DNA of 56,033 nt from NCBI GenBank assembly GCA_051892275.1, contig JBJFGA010000161.1:1-56033 (forward strand), read 5' to 3'. Positions 1 through 12,202 of the stretch are shown here, piece by piece. Position numbers and translations under genes: made by a program. Position 1 is the stretch's first letter. The number at the start of each line of letters is the position of its first letter. The DNA is from Oscillospiraceae bacterium. Lineage in GTDB: Bacteria > Bacillota > Clostridia > Oscillospirales > Ruminococcaceae. The notes below the pieces were generated by a model. The model was not told where the DNA came from. It saw nothing but the letters and a program-made list of their open reading frames with translations, and ran no database searches.

Positions 1-494
1 CGCCATAGCCGCAGTACGTTCCAGCGGCAGGAACATCAGCTTGCAGACTGCGCCGAATTTCTCCACCGCCTGAATGAGCTTTTTTGTCTTGGCTTTCGGT
101 TTTTTGTCGTCTATTTCAAGCCCGGTCTGCGCGATTATCAGCACAGTGGTGTCCGGCAGCTGTTCAATAAGCGCGATGAGCGCTTTCAGCTGGTCGTTGT
201 CCAGTTCCTCCGCGTCGAGGTCGGTTATCTTCACGCACTTGTGCTCCGCAAAGAACGGCAGGCTCTCCGCGAAGTCAGACAGTGAGTTCATATCCGGAAC
301 TCCCCGCATGCGCAGGAAATTCAGCCCGTCTGCTTCATTGCCGCCGGCGGTGGACACTATCTTGTCGCAGTACAGCCCGGTGAGGTATACCTCCTCGCCG
401 TAAAGGTAGTACACCCGGCGCAGCTTTCCGGCTTTCAGCTCGGAATTAAGCGCAGGCTCGGGTACAAGGGTGAAGGTTGGTGCTTTCGCCGCCA

Positions 495-495
<1 letters not shown>
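1..495 (-). CDS. holA: DNA polymerase III subunit delta (N-terminal part; runs off window edge)
   Basis: Not in ORF track. Hand translation from ATG at 495 (TAATG overlap with hinT stop) gives MAAKAPTF...KLRRVYYLYGEEVYL...ESLPFFAEHKCVKI, a typical HolA N-terminus. Confidence 0.88.
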
Positions 496-900
<405 letters not shown>

Positions 901-917
901 GAAGATTTTACACGATC

Positions 918-1289
918 TCAATGAATAAATAAAGATAAGAATGCCAAAATCAAACCGATAACAGCTATTGCACCAAAAAATGTGACCCACCCTTTTATTG
1001 AACGAATATTTTTTGCCTGTCGCAAAGAGATATAGAGTTGTATCTCATCGGTCGTCATATCCTCGGCGGCATTAGAAATTTGAACAAATTGCCTTTTTCC
1101 ATCGGGATCCTGATAATATAAAACATCATCGGGCAACGGCTTTTTTTCCTCAATGAGTTTGTTAAGCTCATTGATCTTGCTTTGGGATTCAATTGTTGTT
1201 TTTACCAAAATACCTTCTTCAGCCAGCATTTCCGTGTAAAGTAATCCGGCAGCAGATTTGTGTATCGAATATGAACGTTTTGATTCCAT
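918..1289 (-). CDS. Hypothetical AT-rich protein with C-terminal TM helix
   Basis: 123-aa ORF, AGGAG SD, hydrophobic C-terminus, visibly lower GC than its neighbours. Confidence 0.75.
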   Translation of the reverse strand: MESKRSYSIHKSAAGLLYTEMLAEEGILVKTTIESQSKINELNKLIEEKKPLPDDVLYYQDPDGKRQFVQISNAAEDMTTDEIQLYISLRQAKNIRSIKGWVTFFGAIAVIGLILAFLSLFIH

Positions 1290-1295
1290 GATTAT

Positions 1296-1353
1296 CTCCT
1301 ATAAAATATATCACAAATATATCAAAGTTGGTCGCGCTTTTTTCAAAGCTTAG
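1296..1353. repeat. ~58-bp imperfect direct repeat, copy 2
   Basis: Matches 843-900. Confidence 0.75.
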
Positions 1354-1367
1354 CAATTATTTTACAA

Positions 1368-2246
1368 TTACGTCCCCAAGGCAGCTTTCCCGAGATCCTG
1401 GCTTATGTCGGTAACGGCGCAGCCCCGGCGTTCCTTAGCCTTGTACAGCAGCCTGTCCGCTGCCTTAACGGCGCTGGCGGTGTCAGGGAAGATGTCGCTG
1501 CGGCAGCCGCCTATGCTTGCGGACAGCCTGATCTCGGGGTATTCCGGTATGACCGTTTCCGCCACTCTTCGGCAGATGTCGTCCAGCTTGCTCTGGAGCT
1601 TTTCCGGCGGCAGGTCGCGGAATATCAGCACGAATTCGTCCCCGCCGTAGCGCAGTATATGGTCGCTGGAGCGTATGCAGGACGTCACCGCCTGAACCGC
1701 GCATTGCAGCGCCATATCCCCGGCGGTATGACCGTAGCTGTCGTTTATCTCCTTGAACAGGTCAACGTCCATAATGGCAACGGCACTGAACCCACCCAGC
1801 CCGGACAGCTGCTCATCGTAATAAGCCCGGTTTCCCGCCCCGGTGAGGGAATCGGTGTACAGCCGCGCGTTGAAGCTTTCAATGCTCTTTACAAAGCTGT
1901 TCTGACCGTAAGCGCCGAACAATGTTTCGTCGGTGATTTTCGTCACCATTTCCAGCGCGTAGGGATTGCCGTCCACCTCGGTGTATTTGGAGATGACGTA
2001 GTACACCTCGCTGCCAATGAACTCAAACTTTGTAATGCGGGTCTTGCGGGATATCGCCTTTGCGGAGATACAGTTTTCGCAGCGGTGGGATTTGTTCCAC
2101 ACCGCGTAACAGTCGTATTTACCGCAGACAAGGCGATTGTTCTCGTCCGGGGTGTACTGCCGGGTGAGGGTAACGTCCACCAGCCGCACGATATCAAACG
2201 CATATTCCAGTTCTTTTATCAGAGTGCAGACCTCTTCGGAAGTCAT
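1368..2246 (-). CDS. Diguanylate cyclase (GGDEF) with Cys-containing N-terminal sensor domain
   Basis: DSLTG..NR, DVDLFKEINDSYGHTAGD, RSSD I-site, RYGGDEF. Start MTSEE follows a GGAGG SD. Confidence 0.92.
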   Translation of the reverse strand: MTSEEVCTLIKELEYAFDIVRLVDVTLTRQYTPDENNRLVCGKYDCYAVWNKSHRCENCISAKAISRKTRITKFEFIGSEVYYVISKYTEVDGNPYALEMVTKITDETLFGAYGQNSFVKSIESFNARLYTDSLTGAGNRAYYDEQLSGLGGFSAVAIMDVDLFKEINDSYGHTAGDMALQCAVQAVTSCIRSSDHILRYGGDEFVLIFRDLPPEKLQSKLDDICRRVAETVIPEYPEIRLSASIGGCRSDIFPDTASAVKAADRLLYKAKERRGCAVTDISQDLGKAALGT

Positions 2247-2311
2247 AGCCGCACCTCCATTCAGCAATGCGGTCTTTGATACAGCTTCAAAGACCGCACT
2301 GTCTATTTGAC

Positions 2312-4951
<2,640 letters not shown>

Positions 4952-5014
4952 AGTTTTGTCCTCGTTCTTTAAAATTAAGATAGTTATTCCATTATGAATA
5001 ACACATACATATTT

Positions 5015-5043
5015 ATTATAATATCAGATTGGTGAATTGTCAA
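5015..5043 (-). promoter_or_regulatory. Sigma-A promoter of alaS
   Basis: TTGACA-N17-TATAAT on the minus strand. Confidence 0.8.
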
Positions 5044-5128
5044 TAGCGGAACGTGAATTTTCTTGCACGGCAACAGGATTTTTGCTGTTCCAAAATCAAA
5101 AACCGCCGCGATTTTGCTTCACGACGGT

Positions 5129-5317
5129 CAGACCGTCGAAAAAGTCCCTAAAGGGACTTTTTCGCCGAACATCCGCCCTGCGCGCACGGTTTGGCGGCAT
5201 TGCCGCCAAACCGCACACTTGTGCGGATAGAAGTGTTTTTTGCCCCGGCAGAGCTGGGGCAAAAAACGGATTTCAAAAGCCCGCTTCGCGGGCAAAACTA
5301 GGTTTTTCGACAAGCTG
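5129..5317. mobile_element. MITE-like element 1 (189 bp) flanked by a 27-bp duplicated hairpin
   Basis: Imperfect terminal inverted repeats CAGACCGTCGAAAAA / TTTTTCGACAAGCTG. Direct repeats at 5102-5128 and 5318-5344 (26/27 identical). Interior consists of stacked palindromes. Confidence 0.75.
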
Positions 5318-5349
5318 ACCGCCGCGATTTTGCTTCACGGCGGTTATGG

Positions 5350-6141
5350 TCATATTTTTATCATTTCCGGCTTTCTTCCGCGGAATATCGTAATATACCG
5401 GAAACCTGCGTCCTTAAGTATATCCGCCGCGCAGTCAACTCCCCAGGCGTAGTTCTCCGCCATGTGACCGTCAGAGCCGACGGTGATGGTCTCCCCGCCA
5501 AGCTCGCGGTAGCGCCGCAGCAGTTCCGGGTGAGGGTGCGCCCAGCCAAGCCCGTATTTCAGACCGGCGGTGTTCAGTTCAATGCCCTTGCCCATGGAGA
5601 TAAGCGTTTTCAGAATCTCGTCAAGCACTTCCCGGTAGTCGGCGGGCTTGTAGGACTTCGCCGTACTGTACCGCACGACGTAATCCAGATGTCCGTACAC
5701 GTCAAAGCCGTCGAACGCCCGGATATTCGCGAGAATGCTCTCAAAATACCGCAGTATACCGTTGAAATCGCCGTTGGTGCTGAAGTATTCCGGCTCGTAG
5801 GGGTCTATCCCTCCCACCAGATGAGAAGAACCGATGACGAAGTCAAAGTCCCATTCCGCGAGATAATCCCGCAGCCGGGGAGCGAGGTAGTCCATCAGCC
5901 CCAGCTCAACGCCGAAAAGGATATCTATTCTGCCGGCGTATTTTTCACGCAGCCGCATTAGCTCCGTGCGGTAAGCCGCCGTGTCCAGCCGGAACTCCCC
6001 GCCTGGATAATCCATGTCCATGTGCTCGGTGAAGCAGACGGTTTTCAGCCCTTTTTCCAGCATTGCAAGGACTGCGCCCTCCATAGGCTGGTCGCTGTCA
6101 GTGGAGAAACTGGTGTGGGTGTGAAGGTCAGTTGTTATCAT
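5350..6141 (-). CDS. PHP-domain histidinol-phosphatase (HisJ) family protein
   Basis: DLHTHT..S.D, FTEH, GSSH, GHLD, GSDGH motifs. True start is MITTD at 6141, overlapping the upstream gene end. Confidence 0.9.
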   Translation of the reverse strand: MITTDLHTHTSFSTDSDQPMEGAVLAMLEKGLKTVCFTEHMDMDYPGGEFRLDTAAYRTELMRLREKYAGRIDILFGVELGLMDYLAPRLRDYLAEWDFDFVIGSSHLVGGIDPYEPEYFSTNGDFNGILRYFESILANIRAFDGFDVYGHLDYVVRYSTAKSYKPADYREVLDEILKTLISMGKGIELNTAGLKYGLGWAHPHPELLRRYRELGGETITVGSDGHMAENYAWGVDCAADILKDAGFRYITIFRGRKPEMIKI

Positions 6142-9100
6142 CGTTGTCCTCGCTGCCGCTGTTTTCGGGTGCCTCTGCGGGCTGGTCCGGCTGTTCGGCT
6201 GTTTCGTCTTTCTCTGCGGCAAGGTCTGCACGCATCGCGCGGACGGACTCAAGCAGATTGCTGATGTCTTCCTTGCTGTACGGGCGGGCTTCGCGCTTCT
6301 TTGCCGGGGCTTCTGCGGCAGTCTTCTGCTCACTGGTCTGCTGTTCGCGTATAAGGGCTGCAAGTATCTGCGCAGCCGCATTACCCTGTGCGTCCTCCTT
6401 TACCTGCTCGGGTGTAGGAACCGGCTCCTGCCTGATGGGGATATAGTCCTCATCGACCTTGATGTCCTTGTCGGCGCGGCGGTTGATGGTGTTGAGCGCG
6501 GCGCCTGTGCCGAGGAGTATCCAGAACACCGGTGCAACGTGTACCACGGAGTCGTTGAACAGACCTGCCGCCAGATATCCGACGACCGCAAGCATCACAG
6601 CTGCGCCCATTATCTGCTCGGGGCGGTATTCCTTCCGTAAAGCGTACAGCCGGAAGCAGTCCACGAGGTAGAACACCATGATCGCTAAGAACGCGATAAG
6701 TGCGATAAGGCCGTTGTTGAATATTATCTGGAGGTACATATTGTGCGGTTTATCGACGGTGACATAGAAGCCCTCATCGAAGTCGGTATATGAATAATAC
6801 TTCGCAAGATAGTCGTTCTGAGGGAAGTAATAGGTGTAGGTGTCGCTGCCATAGCCCAGCAGCATGCAGTTTTTCAGCAGCGGGAGCGTCCTTGACCAGA
6901 TGTATCCTCTCGAAGAACCGAGCTTCTCCTTGCCTTCAAAGCCGATATATTCTGCGTTGACAGGGTTTGCAGTGCCGGCGGTGCGGTAGTTCACGACTTC
7001 AATGGTCTTATCGTTCACCAGGTTGAAGAACAGCGAATTTGAGCTGTCGTTGTAGAAGAACATCGCAAATACATCACGTGTGAGCTGGGAGGAGTCTGCG
7101 TCGAGCATCCAGAAGTGCAGATCCTTGAACTGTTCTACGTCGAAGTTGATTATCTCGTTCTGTACCATCTCGTTGCCCTCGTTATCCACGAAGAACACTC
7201 TGTTGTATTCGGGTTCATATTCGATAAACATGGTGTTTCCATCAACGGTGAGCTCGACAACTCCGTAGCTGCCGATGTCTATATAGGTATTTCCGTCTTC
7301 AGAGGCGAACACGTTGTTGTCGCTGGTGGTGAATTCCAGCGAACCGTCTTCAATTATGTTTATTTCCACAAGGATACCGTTTGCTGCGACCCACAGCTTG
7401 TTTGAGTTGTAGTTTACCTTTGCCACGACATCGGAGAATCCCTCTGCGTCAAAAGTGATACTCGTATATGTGGGGACCGGCTCGCCGGCGTTGTTGGTGT
7501 AGGTGAAATCGTACTTTTCGGCGTCAAACGCCATGGTTATGGTGTCGGTCTGTCCGACCAGCTTCATGCTGCCGTCAGACTGCGCGGATATCTCACGCAG
7601 CGGCAGCTGTGAATACAGGTCGCCTTCCTCGCCGTCAGTCGGCAGGAACAGTCCCACTGCGTCCTGTACCAGCGAAGGGATACGGGAGAACAGTGCGTTT
7701 CCGGAAATGAAATTCACACCAACTAGAACCACTGCTGCCGCCACAGTGACGATAGTGCAGCGCTTCCAGTGCTTGCCGATCTGCCTTGCAAAGACGATTA
7801 TTCCGACTATCAGCGCCGCTGCCAGTGCAACGATACCGCTTCTCGCGGTGCTTCCTATCAGCAGGAATATTGCCATGATGTCAAAGGCGATATAGAGTAT
7901 CTTCCAGAGCACCTTTTCGGAGTATAAAGCCATTACCGAGAACAGTGGTATAATCATGCCGGAGAAGCTGCCGACGTAGTTGCTGTTATACAGCGCGCCG
8001 TAGAGCGTAAGAGAATTTACGGTGATGTTCAGCTCCTCGTTGCGCAGCGAAGAGTCTGCGATAAGGTACTGGAACCAATCCTCGTTGACGAGGTTGTGAC
8101 CGGTTACCTGGAATATTCCGAGCACGGTATTAACGCCAACGCAGATGAACAGCGCGATGGAAACGAACTTGAAGTTGCCGGAGGTACGGAAAGCGTACAT
8201 CGTGAACAGAAACATCACGAAATAGCACGCCGTGGTGAAGAAGCCCTCTGCACGGTCGTATTCGCCGTATAAAGCTATCTGCTGGTACTGCGAGTTAAGT
8301 GCGGAAGCAAGCGTCAGCGCCACATAGACGACCGAGCTTCCCACATAGACCAGCGACCGCTTTTCTATTCTTCGGAAAAGCGACAGGCAGCACACCAGCG
8401 CCACGCCTATCATTATCAGCGCGATAACTACCACCGCAAGTCCCTTGCACTGCGAATACATATCGAACAGCGCGTATTCTGTGCCGGAATCGCCCTTGAA
8501 AGCAGTACCGCCGTGGTACATATAGGTCAGTTTCAGGTCGGTGGTGACCTGGGTGATGTGGATAAGCACCGGTATCAGCGCCAGTGCGACCATCGAGGGT
8601 AAGAACATGGCAAGCGCCATCAGGTCGGTTTTTGCTTTGTTATTGTTCATGTTGTATTTCTCCGCTTTGTATGGTTTTATCTTTTTCTTGCGCTCCTTGC
8701 CGGAGGATATCTTTTCTTTGTTAATAAACGCGCTGGTGGCGGTTTTCAGCAGTATCGAAAGGTCAAGGAAAAAACTCCAGTTTTCTATGTACTGCACGTC
8801 GTACTCGATGCGTTTTTCTATCGAGGTATCGCCACGGTAGCCGTTTACCTGCGCCAGACCGGTGATACCCGGCTTTACCTGGTGCTTTATCATGTACATG
8901 GGTATCTTGTTCTTGAAGTCGTTGACGTAGAATGGTATCTCCGGGCGCGGCCCAACAAGGCTCATATCGCCTTTCAGCACGTTCACCAGCTGCGGCAGTT
9001 CGTCTATCGAGAACTTGCGGATAAACGAGCCGAACTTTGTGCGGCGGGGGTCGGTGTCGGTGCTCCATGCGGTGTCAGAGGCGGCGTTGTCGCGCATTGA

Positions 9101-10081
9101 CTTCAGCTTGTACATGGTGAACACCTTTTTGTTCAGCCCGACGCGCTTCTGCCTGAAAATCACCTTCCCGCCCATGGTGACCTTTATCACCAGCATGCTC
9201 ACCAGTATCACCGGCGAAGTGATAATAAGCAGCAGCAGTGAACCTACTATATCCACCGTGCGCTTCAGAATCGCGTTGCCTATGTTGTCCAGCGGTATCC
9301 TGCGGATATTCATGACTGGGATATTCCCCACGACGTCTATCGAGGGTGTGGTGCTCATGTATTTGTATATTGTGGGGATAACGGATATCTTTGTTCCGGT
9401 CAGCTCGCACGCCTCCACCACGCTGCCCAGCTTATCCGAGTCCGCCGCGTCAAGGGCGCATATGACCTCATCGTAATTCCGCTCCTCCAGCACGCTGAGC
9501 AGGTCGTCCAGCCCGCCGAGCTTTTTTGCACCGGAGAGGTCGCCGCTGTCGGAAACGAAACCGGCGCATTCAAAGCCGAGGTGCTTTTCAGTGCGTATCG
9601 TCTGGAGGTAATCCAGCGCAGCCGCTCCGCTGCCGACTATCAGCACATACTTGCTGTTGTAGCCGCTTTCCCGGAACTTCCGCAGCGTTTTTCGCAGTAC
9701 GAACCGCTTTATTGCCACCAGCACAAAATCCAGCGTCAGGAATATAGCAAGCGCCCAGCGGGACATGTTGATTATCTGTACAACATAAAGCAAAGCCACC
9801 AGCGCCAGACCGTCCAGCAGGAATGCTGCGGTGAGCCGCCCCAGCTCTATGGTGAAGCGTTTGCTTCGGAAGGAGTCGTACAGCCCCATGCAGCCGTAGG
9901 TGAGCAGCTGCACCGGGACAAAGATCAGCAGCAGCTTGAAGTAGTCCACCAGCGGGTAATTCCTCTCGAAATCCAGCAGATGGAATATCAGCGTGTAGGC
10001 TGCGGCGATCGAAATGAAAGCTGCCGCCGCGTCTGTGATTATGTTCAGACGATTCAACAGCTTCTGATTTTCTTTTATCAT
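6128..10081 (-). CDS. Fusion of undecaprenyl-phosphate sugar-1-phosphate transferase (WcaJ/CpsE-like) and O-antigen ligase/O-oligosaccharyltransferase family domain
   Basis: N-terminal ~470 aa: KRTVDI, YKLKSM, SIDELPQLVNVLKGDMSLVGPRPE, KPGITGLAQV. C-terminal ~840 aa: many TM helices, NSNYVGS, STARSG, GSSRGYIWSRT, DKPHNMYLQ. Confidence 0.88.
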   Translation of the reverse strand: MIKENQKLLNRLNIITDAAAAFISIAAAYTLIFHLLDFERNYPLVDYFKLLLIFVPVQLLTYGCMGLYDSFRSKRFTIELGRLTAAFLLDGLALVALLYVVQIINMSRWALAIFLTLDFVLVAIKRFVLRKTLRKFRESGYNSKYVLIVGSGAAALDYLQTIRTEKHLGFECAGFVSDSGDLSGAKKLGGLDDLLSVLEERNYDEVICALDAADSDKLGSVVEACELTGTKISVIPTIYKYMSTTPSIDVVGNIPVMNIRRIPLDNIGNAILKRTVDIVGSLLLLIITSPVILVSMLVIKVTMGGKVIFRQKRVGLNKKVFTMYKLKSMRDNAASDTAWSTDTDPRRTKFGSFIRKFSIDELPQLVNVLKGDMSLVGPRPEIPFYVNDFKNKIPMYMIKHQVKPGITGLAQVNGYRGDTSIEKRIEYDVQYIENWSFFLDLSILLKTATSAFINKEKISSGKERKKKIKPYKAEKYNMNNNKAKTDLMALAMFLPSMVALALIPVLIHITQVTTDLKLTYMYHGGTAFKGDSGTEYALFDMYSQCKGLAVVVIALIMIGVALVCCLSLFRRIEKRSLVYVGSSVVYVALTLASALNSQYQQIALYGEYDRAEGFFTTACYFVMFLFTMYAFRTSGNFKFVSIALFICVGVNTVLGIFQVTGHNLVNEDWFQYLIADSSLRNEELNITVNSLTLYGALYNSNYVGSFSGMIIPLFSVMALYSEKVLWKILYIAFDIMAIFLLIGSTARSGIVALAAALIVGIIVFARQIGKHWKRCTIVTVAAAVVLVGVNFISGNALFSRIPSLVQDAVGLFLPTDGEEGDLYSQLPLREISAQSDGSMKLVGQTDTITMAFDAEKYDFTYTNNAGEPVPTYTSITFDAEGFSDVVAKVNYNSNKLWVAANGILVEINIIEDGSLEFTTSDNNVFASEDGNTYIDIGSYGVVELTVDGNTMFIEYEPEYNRVFFVDNEGNEMVQNEIINFDVEQFKDLHFWMLDADSSQLTRDVFAMFFYNDSSNSLFFNLVNDKTIEVVNYRTAGTANPVNAEYIGFEGKEKLGSSRGYIWSRTLPLLKNCMLLGYGSDTYTYYFPQNDYLAKYYSYTDFDEGFYVTVDKPHNMYLQIIFNNGLIALIAFLAIMVFYLVDCFRLYALRKEYRPEQIMGAAVMLAVVGYLAAGLFNDSVVHVAPVFWILLGTGAALNTINRRADKDIKVDEDYIPIRQEPVPTPEQVKEDAQGNAAAQILAALIREQQTSEQKTAAEAPAKKREARPYSKEDISNLLESVRAMRADLAAEKDETAEQPDQPAEAPENSGSEDNDDNN

Positions 10082-10148
10082 TCGCAATACCTTTATATTA
10101 TATCTGTATCCTGTATAAGGATATCACTGTTTTGATCCATACCCTACA

Positions 10149-10177
10149 ATTATATCACATATTTCACAGTGTTGCAA
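10149..10177 (-). promoter_or_regulatory. Sigma-A promoter of the transferase-ligase fusion gene
   Basis: TTGCAA-N17-TATAAT with TG extended -10. Confidence 0.65.
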
Positions 10178-10276
10178 CAAGTTACAGCAAAAAAAACGCA
10201 CAAGGAAGGATTTTTCGTTGTATTCTGACAAAAATATCATTCTTTGATATGACTTATGATGAGATTTTTCCTGTAC

Positions 10277-10305
10277 TTGACAATTTGTCTTTGGTGGTTT
10301 ACAAT
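10277..10305 (+). promoter_or_regulatory. Sigma-A promoter of the GH3 gene
   Basis: TTGACA-N17-TACAAT. Confidence 0.7.
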
Positions 10306-10333
10306 AGAAACGGAGAAAAAAAGGAGCCATGTT

Positions 10334-11533
10334 ATGAAAAAACTTCGCATGATAATTACAGCAGCCGCGGTGCTCACAATGCTCGCGGGGTGCAGCAGTA
10401 CGGACAAGCCGGTACAGGAGAAGCCTTCGCGTACCTCCGCAGCCGTTTCGCAGACGGCTGAACAGCCGGAAGGTACCGCTGAAGCAACGGCAGAGATCAC
10501 GACCGAACCCACGGAAGAAGCCGCGCCCCTGACCCGGGCGCAGGAGATCCTCGCGGTAATGACCCCGGAGGAAAAGGCGGGGCAGCTGGTTATAGGCAGA
10601 TTTCCGGGAGAGAACGCCGCGCAGGACGCGCAGACCTACCATCTCGGTGGGTTTGTGATGTTCGCCCGGGATTTCGAGGACAAGTCCCCGGAGGAGATCC
10701 GGAGCGAGATCGCCGCGATCCAGGAGAAAAGCGCGGTGAAAATGCTGTTCGCCGTTGACGAGGAGGGCGGCAGTGTGGTGAGGGTGTCTAAGTTCGCACA
10801 GTACCGTGACGAGCCGTTCCCGGCGCAGTCGGAGGTGCTGGAGTCCGGCGGGACTGAGGGCGTTTACGGGGACGCTGCGGAGAAGGCGGAGCTGCTGGGC
10901 GCATTGGGGCTGAACATGAACCTTGCGCCGGTGTGCGACCTTCCCCGGGACGGAAGCGACTACATCGCGAACCGCGCATACAGCACACAACAGGAAGAGG
11001 TTTCGTCAGCGGTGGGGGCGGCGGTTTCAGCGTACAAGTCCGGAAATATCGTCTGTGTGCTGAAGCACTTCCCGGGTTACGGCAACAATGTTGACACCCA
11101 TACCGGTATCTCCTTTGACCAGCGCCCGCTGGACGAGTTCCGGGCATTAGACTTCAAGCCGTTCGCAGCGGGTTTGGAGCAGGGTGCTCCTGTGGTGATG
11201 GTATCGCACAACATCATTTCCTGCGTGGACGACAGCCTGCCCGGGTCGCTGTCGCCGGAGGTTTACCGGCTGCTGCGGGAGGAACTGGGCTTCAGCGGCG
11301 TGGCGATGACGGACGATATCCTGATGGACGCTATCGGCGAATACTGCGGCGAGGACGAAGCTGCGGTCAGGGCGTTCAACGCCGGGGCTGACCTTATCTG
11401 CTGCACCGGCTATGCGGACGCAGTCACCGCGCTTCGGGAGGCGGTCGTATCCGGCAAGATAACACAGGAGCGGCTGGACGAGTCTGTGCTACGGATACTG
11501 GAAATAAAGCTGGAATACGGCATAATCGAGTGA
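10334..11533 (+). CDS. GH3 beta-N-acetylhexosaminidase (NagZ-like) lipoprotein
   Basis: Lipobox LAGC, AVDEEGG.V.R, NLAPV.D, KHFPGYG...DTH, MVSH, TDD. Confidence 0.9.
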   Translation: MKKLRMIITAAAVLTMLAGCSSTDKPVQEKPSRTSAAVSQTAEQPEGTAEATAEITTEPTEEAAPLTRAQEILAVMTPEEKAGQLVIGRFPGENAAQDAQTYHLGGFVMFARDFEDKSPEEIRSEIAAIQEKSAVKMLFAVDEEGGSVVRVSKFAQYRDEPFPAQSEVLESGGTEGVYGDAAEKAELLGALGLNMNLAPVCDLPRDGSDYIANRAYSTQQEEVSSAVGAAVSAYKSGNIVCVLKHFPGYGNNVDTHTGISFDQRPLDEFRALDFKPFAAGLEQGAPVVMVSHNIISCVDDSLPGSLSPEVYRLLREELGFSGVAMTDDILMDAIGEYCGEDEAAVRAFNAGADLICCTGYADAVTALREAVVSGKITQERLDESVLRILEIKLEYGIIE

Positions 11534-11547
11534 AAACGGGGATAATT

Positions 11548-12084
11548 ATGAAGAAATATTACATTTTTGACTTGGACGGAACGCTGGCAGACAGCATGGG
11601 CTACTGGTACGGTAATTTCCCGCTGGAGGGAGTACCCGCCGAACAGCGCATGGACGTGATACGCGAGGTGATGTATCGCCATTACTCGGAGGAAATACAG
11701 CCTAAGCCCGGCGCGGTGGAGCTTCTGGAACGTCTTAAAGCGGCGGGGGCGGTGATGTGCATTGCCAGCGCCACCGAAAAGCAGGTGTCTGCGCCGTTTC
11801 TGGAGAAATTCGGGCTGAACAGGTTCTTTGAGTTCTACCTCGACTGCACCGAAGCCGGCGCCCGCAAGGACAAGCCCGACATCTATCTCCAGGCGGCACA
11901 GCGGCTGGGGGCGGACATAGCCGACTGCGTTGTGGCGGAGGACGCCGCCTACTGCGCCGAAACCGCGCAGAATGCCGGGTTCTTCGTGGTGGGGATATAC
12001 GACGAGAACACCGCGCCCCGGGGGAATGTCGCGGATTTCTGCGACTGCTTCATCACAAGGCTTGAGGATTTCCCGGAACTGTGA
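11548..12084 (+). CDS. HAD-family phosphatase
   Basis: FDLDGTL motif I, KDKPDIY, AEDA motif IV. Confidence 0.9.
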   Translation: MKKYYIFDLDGTLADSMGYWYGNFPLEGVPAEQRMDVIREVMYRHYSEEIQPKPGAVELLERLKAAGAVMCIASATEKQVSAPFLEKFGLNRFFEFYLDCTEAGARKDKPDIYLQAAQRLGADIADCVVAEDAAYCAETAQNAGFFVVGIYDENTAPRGNVADFCDCFITRLEDFPEL

Positions 12085-12115
12085 CTTTTAGGTAAAAAAT
12101 ATTTTTGTATTGCTA

Positions 12116-12144
12116 TTGACAAATCGTGGGAAAGGTGATATAAT
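12116..12144 (+). promoter_or_regulatory. Sigma-A promoter
   Basis: TTGACA-N17-TATAAT. Confidence 0.8.
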
Positions 12145-12202
12145 GTAAAACCATTCTCTAATATTAGTATTAAAACAACTGTTAATTGAAGGAGGTATTT
12201 CT

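Noticed and set aside
6142-6381. N-terminal extension of the PHP ORF in the track
   Set aside because: Overlaps the 3' end of the fusion gene in another frame; the PHP motif begins right after the ATG at 6141.
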